This document shows positions 49,842 through 58,405 of a DNA stretch of 64,000 nt, piece after piece (the first letter of the stretch is position 1; every line of letters starts with the position of its first letter). Where the stretch lies: positions 17,412-81,411 of the forward strand of contig JAEDNI010000001.1 in NCBI GenBank assembly GCA_016302585.1, read 5' to 3'. Source of the DNA: Paludibacteraceae bacterium (GTDB taxonomy: Bacteria > Bacteroidota > Bacteroidia > Bacteroidales > Paludibacteraceae). The notes below the pieces were generated by a model, which was given only the letters and a program-made list of their open reading frames with translations, had not been told where the DNA came from and did not search any database. Made by a program: the position numbers and the translations under genes.

Positions 49842-50823
49842 GTATAAAGACATACGAGCCTATCGAGTGGGCTGGATCTTAGCCGTTATTGATTGGTTTA
49901 CAGTGCTCCCGATCTTGAAGATCTGGGCGTTGCGAACGACGAAAGGCATTCGTCTTGAGTATCTGGGAGAACGCAAACAGATCGAGCGCGATATCAAACA
50001 CGGAGCGTTCTTCTTGACCAACCATCGCGATATCATCCTAGACGCAGCATGGCTGTCCTATCGCTTGCGGCTACGTTATTTCATTCGCCCGTTTATGGGT
50101 GTGGGTAATAACCTGTTTGCCAAACCATGGATCGAGCACCTGATGCGTTTTATGCGCTGTTTCGTCGTGAAACGAGGGGAAGGAGTACATGCGCAACTGG
50201 AGAACGCGAAACAGTTAAGCGCGTACATCCGCATGCTGCGCAGCCAAGGAAAGTCGATCTGGCTCGCTCAACGCGAAGGACGAGCCAAAGACAGTAACGA
50301 CCTGACGCAAGCCAGCGTGCTGCATATGTTGACCTTGGGCGACGATGACTTCTTTGAGAACGTCAAAGCCCTGAATATATGTCCGGTAAGTATCACGTAT
50401 GAGTTCGACCCGTGCGACTATCTGAAAGCGGCCGAGATGCAGTTGAAACGCGATAATCCGAAATGGCGGAAGAGTAAACGCGACGATGTGAAGTCCATGC
50501 AGACAGGTATTCGCGGTGAGAAAGGACGTGTAGTCTATCGCCTCACGCCGAGTATCAACCCGGAGATCGAGGCACTCCTGGCCAATGAACCCGAATGGCG
50601 TACCGCTCCTATTCACGACCAGTTGCAGCGGGTTTGCGATATCATCGACCGACATATCCATCAAGGATATGAGATCTTCGATCGTGGCACGGAATTTGAT
50701 GCGTATATAGAGAGCCGACTCGCGATGATCGATATTCCGAACAAGGACGAAGCCTTCTTGCGAGACAAGTTATATGAGATGTACAACAACCCTGTAATAA
50801 ATTACAAAAAAGCTTATGAGTAA
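49834..50823 (+). CDS. Lysophospholipid / glycerol-phosphate acyltransferase family protein
   Basis: HX4D motif TNHRDIILD, and AQREGRAKD. Confidence 0.7.
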   Translation: MDKYKDIRAYRVGWILAVIDWFTVLPILKIWALRTTKGIRLEYLGERKQIERDIKHGAFFLTNHRDIILDAAWLSYRLRLRYFIRPFMGVGNNLFAKPWIEHLMRFMRCFVVKRGEGVHAQLENAKQLSAYIRMLRSQGKSIWLAQREGRAKDSNDLTQASVLHMLTLGDDDFFENVKALNICPVSITYEFDPCDYLKAAEMQLKRDNPKWRKSKRDDVKSMQTGIRGEKGRVVYRLTPSINPEIEALLANEPEWRTAPIHDQLQRVCDIIDRHIHQGYEIFDRGTEFDAYIESRLAMIDIPNKDEAFLRDKLYEMYNNPVINYKKAYE

Positions 50824-51268
50824 AAGAGCAATATTTCCGGGTAGTTTTGACCCGTTTACCGTGGGCCACTATGACATTGTGAAGCGTGGCTTGGAGTTAT
50901 TCGATGAGATCATCATCGCTATCGGTCGTAACAGCACTAAAAAAGAGACCTTCCCTATCCGTGAACGCGAGGAAGCGATCAAGAAGATTTTCGCAGATGA
51001 ACCCCGCGTGAAGGTAGCTATATACGACTGTCTTACCGTGGATTTTGCCAAGGAGCAGGAAGCACAGTTCATCCTCCGAGGTATGCGTTGCATCGGTGAT
51101 TTCGAATACGAGCGTAACATGGCGGAGGCCAACAAACAGTTAGGCGGCATAGAGACCATCATCCTCTATACGCGCCCCGAATACGCACATATCTCCTCTA
51201 CCCTTGTGCGCGATCTGTACGCTTACGGCAAGGATGTAAGCGAGTTTGTTCCCAATAGATTAAGATAG
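50816..51268 (+). CDS. coaD: Phosphopantetheine adenylyltransferase
   Basis: AIFPGSFDPFTVGHYDIV ... ISSTLVRD. Confidence 0.95.
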   Translation: MSKRAIFPGSFDPFTVGHYDIVKRGLELFDEIIIAIGRNSTKKETFPIREREEAIKKIFADEPRVKVAIYDCLTVDFAKEQEAQFILRGMRCIGDFEYERNMAEANKQLGGIETIILYTRPEYAHISSTLVRDLYAYGKDVSEFVPNRLR

Positions 51269-51295
51269 TCGTTTCACTAAAAGTTACCCGATACA

Positions 51296-52912
51296 ATGAA
51301 GCGACAAATACTCCTTTTCCTTTTGTTTCTCGTCCTCTCTCCCTTTTCCGTATGGGCGCAAGGGCGGCAGGCTACCACTCGTGCAGATGAGTGCATCACG
51401 ATCTTCAACGATGTGCTGCGCCAAGTAGATGTGAACTATGTGGACACCCTCAACTACGAGGACCTGACGGAAACAGCCATCAACGCCATGCTGCGTAAAA
51501 TCGACCCGTACACAGTGTATTATCCGAAGAAAGACGATGACAACTTGCGTATGTTAACAACCGGTAAATACGGAGGTATTGGAAGTATCATCCAGCAGCG
51601 ACCCCTAAAAGTACAAGGAAACAAAGCGAAAAGTGACTCGCTGGGTACCTATATCGTGAATCCGTACGAGGGCAAACCGGCTCAACGGGCCGGATTATTG
51701 GCAGGAGACCGTATCTTATCGGTGGACGGCAAGAGCACAAAGGGACTTGGGGTAAGCGACGTGAGCAATAACTTACGCGGCGTACCGGGTACTACCGTCG
51801 TTCTGGAGATCGAGCGCGAAGGAGTAGCCAAGCCGTTTAAGGTGGAGATCGTGCGCGAAGATATTCACTTGGAGCCGGTTAGTTACTACACCGTGTTCCG
51901 TGCAGACAGCCTACCCCAACCTGTCGGATATATCGCTTTCAGCGAGTTCACCGAGGGTTCGGCACTGGCTTTCAGTAATGCGTTGGATGACCTGTACTAT
52001 AACCAAGGTGCGCGCAAACTGATCATTGACCTGCGCGGTAACGGTGGAGGTATCGTCGACGAAGCGTTGCAGATCGTGAACCTCTTCGTCGATCGCGATC
52101 AGCTGGTGGTAGAGACCAAAGGCAAGACTTCGCAAAGCAATCGCGTCTATAAGACACGAAATAACCCGCGTTACAAAGACCTGCCGCTCGTGCTACTTGT
52201 GGATAAAAACTCCGCTTCGGCCAGTGAGATCGTCGCAGGAGCCCTGCAAGACTTAGGTCGGGCGAAACTGATCGGTCAACGTACCTTCGGTAAAGGACTG
52301 GTACAAAACGTACGCCCGGTGACCTTAGGCGGACATCTGAAAGTGACGACCAGTAAGTATTACCTTCCTTCCGGACGTTGTATTCAGGCTATTGACTATA
52401 GCGAGCGGCAGAAAGGACATACCCTCAAACGCGATACGGCAGGAGGCATCTTACCCGATATCGTGCTGAATGACTCGGCGAAAGTAGATATATGCTATTC
52501 CCTCTATATCAACCATTATTTCTTTGATTTCGCGACGCGCTATTTCCGCCAACATCCGACGATAGCCGACCCCAAGGAATACGAGGTGAGCGATGCGGAT
52601 ATCGAGGACTTCTGCACTTTCCTGGATGAACGCGGTTATAAATACGAGACCGAGACCGGCAAGTACTACGCCGACATGCTGACAATGGCTAAGAACGAGG
52701 ATATCGACCCGACCATCCTGGCGAAGTTAGAAGCCTTAGAGCAAGACTTAACGCCTAATTTCCGCGAAGCTATCGCGCGTAACATAGACGAAGTGAAGGA
52801 ACTGTTGGGAACGGAAATCGTGCTGCGCTATTACTACCAGCGCGGGCAAGCCGCTTACCAGGTGCGCTTCGATAAAGAGATCAAGCGAGCGTTAGCGGAA
52901 CTGAAAGAATAA
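51296..52912 (+). CDS. S41 family C-terminal processing peptidase
   Basis: PDZ segment GKPAQRAGLLAGDRILSVDG, LIIDLRGNGGG, and NSASASEIVAGALQD. Confidence 0.9.
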   Translation: MKRQILLFLLFLVLSPFSVWAQGRQATTRADECITIFNDVLRQVDVNYVDTLNYEDLTETAINAMLRKIDPYTVYYPKKDDDNLRMLTTGKYGGIGSIIQQRPLKVQGNKAKSDSLGTYIVNPYEGKPAQRAGLLAGDRILSVDGKSTKGLGVSDVSNNLRGVPGTTVVLEIEREGVAKPFKVEIVREDIHLEPVSYYTVFRADSLPQPVGYIAFSEFTEGSALAFSNALDDLYYNQGARKLIIDLRGNGGGIVDEALQIVNLFVDRDQLVVETKGKTSQSNRVYKTRNNPRYKDLPLVLLVDKNSASASEIVAGALQDLGRAKLIGQRTFGKGLVQNVRPVTLGGHLKVTTSKYYLPSGRCIQAIDYSERQKGHTLKRDTAGGILPDIVLNDSAKVDICYSLYINHYFFDFATRYFRQHPTIADPKEYEVSDADIEDFCTFLDERGYKYETETGKYYADMLTMAKNEDIDPTILAKLEALEQDLTPNFREAIARNIDEVKELLGTEIVLRYYYQRGQAAYQVRFDKEIKRALAELKE

Positions 52913-52940
52913 AAAAAAAGAGGCACGTGCCTCTTTTTTT
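52912..52940. terminator. Bidirectional intrinsic terminator
   Basis: aaaaaaaaAGAGGCACGTGCCTCTttttttt, a perfect palindrome. Confidence 0.85.
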
Positions 52941-53766
52941 AATGCATAAACTTCGCCAATTTCTTCTGTGCGAGGAAAAGAACCCAATCCGGTGTGTGCT
53001 TCAGCAGCGGTGTGCACAACCAGTTAATCACACCCGGAGTATCGGCTTTCTTACCGCGGAACATCTTCCGTAGGGCCCGTTTCACCAGTTTCTCAGGCGG
53101 AATACTAACCGTCAAATTTACAGCCAGTTTACGGAGCTTGGGTGCTAAGCCGAAAAGGGCCGTATCTACGGCTCCCGGAGCCATCACGGTGATTCCTACG
53201 TTCTGCGGATAGAGTTCGTACCACAGCGACTTGGAGAAATTATAGATGAAGGCTTTGGAGGCATTGTAGGTCTGAATACCCGGCATAGCCATCCACGCCG
53301 ACATACTACTCATATTCAATATATATCCACGCATGCGTTTGCGTCTGCATATACGCGTGTGAGCCTCTTCGGGCGTCAGTTCGCGTTGCAACATATCCTC
53401 GGCAAACAGACGTGTCATCTTCGCTACGGTCATGATATGGAGCTGCAGCATCAGTTCGATACGCTTCATCGAAGTGTTGCAATACTGGTTAAAGAAGAAT
53501 ACGCCCGCGTTATTGATGAGGATATCGATGACATAGCCTTCCGCCTTGCACCAATCGTGCAATTGCTCCGCCGCGTCGGGCAGGCTCAGGTCCGCAAAGT
53601 GCGCGTTCGTCTTCACACCATACTGCGAGGCGAGATCAGCGGCTACTTCCTTCAGTTCCTTCTCTTGGTTGCTTACCAGCAGCAGGTCACAATGATAGTC
53701 ACGCGCCAACTGGGTCGCATACTGCAAGCCGATACCACTACTTGCGCCCGTTACTAATGCTAGCAT
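52939..53766 (-). CDS. Short-chain dehydrogenase/reductase (candidate hydroxysteroid dehydrogenase)
   Basis: VTGASSGIG, NNAG, and the YNASKAF catalytic motif. Last gene of the reductase operon. Confidence 0.85.
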   Translation of the reverse strand: MLALVTGASSGIGLQYATQLARDYHCDLLLVSNQEKELKEVAADLASQYGVKTNAHFADLSLPDAAEQLHDWCKAEGYVIDILINNAGVFFFNQYCNTSMKRIELMLQLHIMTVAKMTRLFAEDMLQRELTPEEAHTRICRRKRMRGYILNMSSMSAWMAMPGIQTYNASKAFIYNFSKSLWYELYPQNVGITVMAPGAVDTALFGLAPKLRKLAVNLTVSIPPEKLVKRALRKMFRGKKADTPGVINWLCTPLLKHTPDWVLFLAQKKLAKFMH

Positions 53767-55024
53767 CTTTCTCTAATTTGGCAATTTCTTTCTTGATACG
53801 CGGCGCGATCACTTCGCCATCGCGCTCTACGCACTCGTGGCACTTCATATTGAGCGTATACATACGTCCTACGCAGTAGTTCGAACGACCGCAGTTTGCA
53901 TGATAATGCGGGTTCTCCTTCACATGCTTTACGAAGTCCGGATCCTTGATCAGTACGTGCGCTATCTGGAAGAGTTCGAAACCTTCATCCATGATCTGCT
54001 GGCAGTTATCGCCGTTCTGCACGCCGCCGACATAAATCAGCGGAATATCGATGTCCTTCAGCGCCTCTTGGAACAGTTTGGCTTTCTCCATGAAATACAA
54101 CTCCTTAAACGGCGAAGTGGGCAACATGATCTGGTGTACGCCCGGAATATTCAAAGCGGCTTTCAGCCACCAAAACGATTTCATCGGCATGTAATGCGCA
54201 AGGGTCTTGTACGGCATGGCACCGCTCAAAATGGTCATCGGCGAACGACTGACTGTACCGCCGGAAAGCACGATACCGTGTACTTTATGCTTCGCGATCT
54301 CGCGGGCTACCTGAATACCCTCTTCGATGCTTACACCACGCCAGCAGTCATCCCACATATTAGTTTTTACCACAACGGCCATGTCGTCTTTTGCATGCTC
54401 CATGACAGCATCCAGCGCCTCGTTAAGAAAACGACAGCGGTTCTCAAAACTACCGCCATACTGGTCGTGACGATGATTCGTACGACGTGCCAAGAACTGC
54501 GACAGCAGGTATGCATGTCCGGCATGAATCTCCACGCAGTCAAATCCGCACTTACGGGCGAAATCAACGGCCTCACCGAATTTCTGAACGAGGTGCTTGA
54601 TCTCTGCTACTTTCAGACGACGATGAATCGTCGGCGAATAGAGGTTAAAGCCATTCGATGCACTTACCGGCATACAATGGCAGGTATAGAAATGCGTCAT
54701 GTTACCGCAGTGGCCCAACTGAATACTGGCCTTCGCGCCTTCCGCATGAATCGCGTCGGTCATCTTCTTCATATCGGGGATGATGGCATCATTGACATAC
54801 AACTGACCATCAAAAGACACACCGTTCAGATCCACCGCACAGTACGCAACAGTCGTCATTCCTACTCCGCCGCGAGCTACGGATACATGATAGTCTTGCA
54901 GTTCTTGGGTCGGCTTGTTCGCACGAGCCATATTCTCAAAAGCCGCGCTGCGGATAAATCGATTCCGCAACGTGATAGGTCCCAATTGGAAGGGAGAGAA
55001 CAATTTATTATCGTTCATTTGCAA
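53738..55024 (-). CDS. Old-yellow-enzyme family NADH:flavin oxidoreductase
   Basis: FSPFQLGPITLRNRFIRSA and VEIHAGHAYLLSQFL. C-terminal Cys cluster HANCGRSNYCVGR...CHEC. Confidence 0.75.
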   Translation of the reverse strand: MQMNDNKLFSPFQLGPITLRNRFIRSAAFENMARANKPTQELQDYHVSVARGGVGMTTVAYCAVDLNGVSFDGQLYVNDAIIPDMKKMTDAIHAEGAKASIQLGHCGNMTHFYTCHCMPVSASNGFNLYSPTIHRRLKVAEIKHLVQKFGEAVDFARKCGFDCVEIHAGHAYLLSQFLARRTNHRHDQYGGSFENRCRFLNEALDAVMEHAKDDMAVVVKTNMWDDCWRGVSIEEGIQVAREIAKHKVHGIVLSGGTVSRSPMTILSGAMPYKTLAHYMPMKSFWWLKAALNIPGVHQIMLPTSPFKELYFMEKAKLFQEALKDIDIPLIYVGGVQNGDNCQQIMDEGFELFQIAHVLIKDPDFVKHVKENPHYHANCGRSNYCVGRMYTLNMKCHECVERDGEVIAPRIKKEIAKLEKDASISNGRK

Positions 55025-55032
55025 TTTGTGAT

Positions 55033-55842
55033 TTAATAAATAAACGGAATAATACGTTTCAGTTTCTTGCGATCAAACTCATCCGGGAACTCTTCCTCGT
55101 ATTTGTGATAGATCGAGTTGGCACGCGGCACAAGGTTGCAGCAGCTGAACCAGAAGAACAACAGACCGGATACAGACCAGGTAAGGATAGCAAAGCCGAG
55201 CCACTCGGTGATCTCACCCAGATAGTTCGCACTCGTCACATACTTATACATACCTTTCTTCGGCAGGTAGTGGTTCGTATCACCCGGTTTACGCAAGTGA
55301 CGAATCACATGATCGGAATGCACATTGATAATCCAGCCAATACAGAAGATCACGGTACCGATGATGAAACGGGGATCAGTTAACCAAGCCTGGGTATAGA
55401 GATGCGAGTAATACGGGTCTTTCGGCGCGATATGGAACAGGAAATAGCCTTGGATATATCCGTTAATCAGATTCCAAATCACCGAGAGGAACATAATAAC
55501 TACCGGCATCTTGCTCTTACCCTTCAGCAGGAAGGGGAAGATAAACGAACGCTGGAAATAATGGAATTCAAAGATCAGGAAGAAGATCCAATAAGGCGCT
55601 TGTTGTACGATCGGCGCCAACGTAGGATTACCCCATGCCTTGAAGTACTCGTACAGCACCACAAAAAATACAGGGCATTCCATCAACAGCCAGCCGGCTT
55701 TGTTGTTCATGGACGGACCCCATTTCTCTGTTCGCATCTTACCGTAACCGGCATCAACGAAATAAAGAGAAACGAAAACGACCAAACCGACCAAAAACAT
55801 GATCATTAACAGGTCGCTAAAAAAGGAGTTTAAAATTTCCAT
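55033..55842 (-). CDS. 3-oxo-5-alpha-steroid 4-dehydrogenase (steroid 5-alpha-reductase) family membrane protein
   Basis: ANYLGEITEWLGFA, and the C-terminus KRIIPFIY resembles the ...IPFIF end of SRD5A. Polytopic. Confidence 0.75.
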   Translation of the reverse strand: MEILNSFFSDLLMIMFLVGLVVFVSLYFVDAGYGKMRTEKWGPSMNNKAGWLLMECPVFFVVLYEYFKAWGNPTLAPIVQQAPYWIFFLIFEFHYFQRSFIFPFLLKGKSKMPVVIMFLSVIWNLINGYIQGYFLFHIAPKDPYYSHLYTQAWLTDPRFIIGTVIFCIGWIINVHSDHVIRHLRKPGDTNHYLPKKGMYKYVTSANYLGEITEWLGFAILTWSVSGLLFFWFSCCNLVPRANSIYHKYEEEFPDEFDRKKLKRIIPFIY

Positions 55843-55902
55843 ATTGTTTGTTATATTAATTTCTGTTGTTCAAACCCGAAATCGTTCGGCAAAAAAAGCG
55901 TA

Positions 55903-55934
55903 CAAAGTTACGAATAAATATTCGTATATACAAA
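55903..55934 (-). promoter_or_regulatory. Promoter (-33 TTTG / -7 TAACTTTG) for the 5AR-OYE-SDR operon
   Basis: The minus strand reads TTTGtatatacgaatatttattcgTAACTTTGtacgc. The leader of about 54 nt contains the hairpin ccgaa/ttcgg. Confidence 0.6.
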
Positions 55935-55940
55935 AAAATC

Positions 55941-56870
55941 TTAAGAATCGGAAACTTTTTCTTGCTTTTGGCATACAAATAAACCGAATATGATTAACCC
56001 CATACCTATCCACTTACCGATCGGCAGGTGTTCGCCGAAGAATAAAAACATCCATAAGGCCGTGAAGGCAGGACGGATATTATTGAAGGCATTGGCTTGC
56101 GTTACACCGATCTTTCGAAGCGCATAGCAGAAGAGGATAAATGCAATCACAGACGCAAAAATGGTCAGATACGCCACGCACCCGAGTGCTATTTGCGTAT
56201 CAAAATTTGAAATCTGGAATCTTAAATCTAAAATCGTTGAAGGTCCTTCGCGCCACAACCAAATCGGAATGAAATACATCAAACTGATCAGTTGGGTGTA
56301 GAACACGAACGAAAGCGCACTGTATTTCTGAGGCGCCTTGCGCATCATAATAGAATCTACCACAGCCGCTGAAACAGCTGCAAAAGCCATGAGAATTCCC
56401 CAGTAGTTACCTATCGAATAATTGGTTGTACCTATGAGCGTCAAAGCGAACACGCCGCCCGTTGAGATCAAAATTCCGAGAATATTGTACTTCGTCACGC
56501 GTTCGCGCAACAGAATGCCCGCAAAGATAGGACTCAGCAGCGGCGAAGTCGAGAGCAGCGTCTCGGCGATCGTCGGGCTGTTCAACGCATCAAACGTAAA
56601 AGTCTCCAATAAATAATACAAAAACGGCTGACACGTACCCGCAAGAAGAAACAGCGGCAGGTCCTTCAGGTCCATCTTCTGCAAACAGAACAAACTGTGT
56701 TTCCTACAGACAAGGCCAATAATAAACATCAGCAACACAGACGGCACAAACCGAAGCACGATCATCGTAAACGGCGGCAGAACGGTCAAAGCTTGTTTGA
56801 TAGCTATACCGCTCACCGACCAGCTCAACATCGATACCAAAAGAGCTACTATAGGAAGGGATTTCTGCAT
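55941..56870 (-). CDS. EamA/DMT family transporter
   Basis: 309 aa, 10 TM segments in two halves. A heptamer array lies in the central loop. Confidence 0.8.
   Translation of the reverse strand: MQKSLPIVALLVSMLSWSVSGIAIKQALTVLPPFTMIVLRFVPSVLLMFIIGLVCRKHSLFCLQKMDLKDLPLFLLAGTCQPFLYYLLETFTFDALNSPTIAETLLSTSPLLSPIFAGILLRERVTKYNILGILISTGGVFALTLIGTTNYSIGNYWGILMAFAAVSAAVVDSIMMRKAPQKYSALSFVFYTQLISLMYFIPIWLWREGPSTILDLRFQISNFDTQIALGCVAYLTIFASVIAFILFCYALRKIGVTQANAFNNIRPAFTALWMFLFFGEHLPIGKWIGMGLIIFGLFVCQKQEKVSDS
56203..56237. repeat. Heptamer array AAATCTN x5 inside the EamA CDS
   Basis: aaatttg aaatctg gaatctt aaatcta aaatcgt. It encodes LDLRFQISNFD in the inter-domain loop. Confidence 0.85.
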
Positions 56871-56875
56871 TTAAA

Positions 56876-57760
56876 TTAGAGCGAGCTTGGCCACGTATTG
56901 TTTTCTATTCCCGCTAAACGACATATCGTTGCGTGTGTCTCTTTCAATAAACGTTCGGTCTCTACGGCACGAGGTTTCGTAGTATCCGGATAGATAGGTG
57001 CCCCGATAACAACCTGCGTCAAGGGTTCATCCTTCGGTCCAAACAGACGCCATATTCCTGTCCGCTCGCGATAGGTAACTGCGAACGGAATGATAGGTTT
57101 GTTGTACTTATATGCCATCGTAAACGCACCTTTCTGGAACGGACGAAGCGGTTTATACCAATCCCAGCGCTTAGCCTCGGGGAAGATATGAAACCAATAA
57201 CCCTCTTTGTCATACGCATCGAACGCCGCATTAAAGGCTTTCATTGCACTCAAACCCGCTTCGGCGGAAGGAATAGGTATTCCGCCTACAATACGCAGAT
57301 AGAACTGGTCCTTGGTGCGGAAATTCGGTGCAAACATCGGTATACGCGTGCGCGGCGAAGCATGAAAAGTGGTCAATACAGAGGCGCAGTCATGGCGGTA
57401 ACAGTGGTTCGCGATGGTGATCGCACCGCGTGAAAGGTCGAACTGCTTCAGCCATCGACGAACACCACAGGACGAACGACGCCATTTTGTCTCGCCCTCA
57501 ATACGCCAGCGCAACCCGTATCTAATGCGCAAAATCCATCCCAAGATACGCAGCACAAAGCTATAGCCATACCACACGCGCAGCCTGTTACGCCAAGACG
57601 GATCATAATACGGATAGGTAGCATCTACCGGCAGATACTCCCGATCATAAACCGGCTTATACAAACCTACATACGGGTCGTCCTCCGGATAACTCATCGT
57701 CACGGGCGGTACATACGTACCTTCCGTCACTTTCAAATCAGTATATCGCTTATTTTCCAT
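56876..57760 (-). CDS. Lysophospholipid acyltransferase family protein
   Basis: HX4D motif ANHCYRHD and FPEAKRW. Confidence 0.7.
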   Translation of the reverse strand: MENKRYTDLKVTEGTYVPPVTMSYPEDDPYVGLYKPVYDREYLPVDATYPYYDPSWRNRLRVWYGYSFVLRILGWILRIRYGLRWRIEGETKWRRSSCGVRRWLKQFDLSRGAITIANHCYRHDCASVLTTFHASPRTRIPMFAPNFRTKDQFYLRIVGGIPIPSAEAGLSAMKAFNAAFDAYDKEGYWFHIFPEAKRWDWYKPLRPFQKGAFTMAYKYNKPIIPFAVTYRERTGIWRLFGPKDEPLTQVVIGAPIYPDTTKPRAVETERLLKETHATICRLAGIENNTWPSSL

Positions 57761-57803
57761 TCACCAATCACCAATTACCAATTACCAATCACCATTCACC
57801 AAT
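57755..57803 (-). repeat. Heptamer array ATTGGTN x7 (minus-strand reading) spanning the HAD stop and the acyltransferase start
   Basis: The + strand reads ttccatt caccaat caccaat taccaat taccaat caccatt caccaat. It encodes the HAD C-terminus LLVNGDW*, then a 21-nt spacer, then the next ATG. Confidence 0.9.
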
Positions 57804-58405
57804 AAAAACTTCGCTCCTACACTTCGCGCTGCAGCTCCGTCTTTCTCATCGCGGTCGCCCACAAACAATGTCGTCTCAGCCTCCGCTCCCATCAATTCCA
57901 ATACGCGGCGCGCGCAGTACTCCGAAGGCTTCAACGAACCCATTTCGGGAGCGGAAACCAGCAGTTCAAACTGACTCGGATCAACATGCAGCACTTCCAG
58001 TTTCTCTACCACACAGCCGTAATCCGAGAAGATGGCCATCTTGATGCCTCTTTCCTTGCACTCGGAAATAAGGTCCATCACTTCATGGCGAATCGGCTGA
58101 CGCTTGGCGATCAGACGAATCATTGCCGGCATATACACCAGTTCGTACCATTTAGCGGCTATCTTCGCATTCCACCAGTGGCCGCGAGCCATCATATGAA
58201 AGAAACAGTCATAAAACTCCTCTCCCGTCGCAAACTGCAGATAGTGCATGTTACGACGCGCCAGACGTTCGGACGTCAAAAGAGGCAGACACCAAAAGAG
58301 ACGTCTCACCATTCTACGCGCTAAGCCGCGTTTGTCATATAATGTACCATCAAGATCGAGAACGACGCTCTTGACGCCGTTTAGCACGTGCTTTTTGTCT
58401 GTCAT
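57782..58405 (-). CDS. HAD family hydrolase
   Basis: VVLDLDGTLY (motif I) and VGDRDEKDG (motif IV). Confidence 0.8.
   Translation of the reverse strand: MTDKKHVLNGVKSVVLDLDGTLYDKRGLARRMVRRLFWCLPLLTSERLARRNMHYLQFATGEEFYDCFFHMMARGHWWNAKIAAKWYELVYMPAMIRLIAKRQPIRHEVMDLISECKERGIKMAIFSDYGCVVEKLEVLHVDPSQFELLVSAPEMGSLKPSEYCARRVLELMGAEAETTLFVGDRDEKDGAAARSVGAKFLLVNGDW

Noticed and set aside
53837-55036. 399-aa ORF on the + strand
   Set aside because: It is antisense to the OYE flavin oxidoreductase, whose motifs are clear. It has no start context or motifs.
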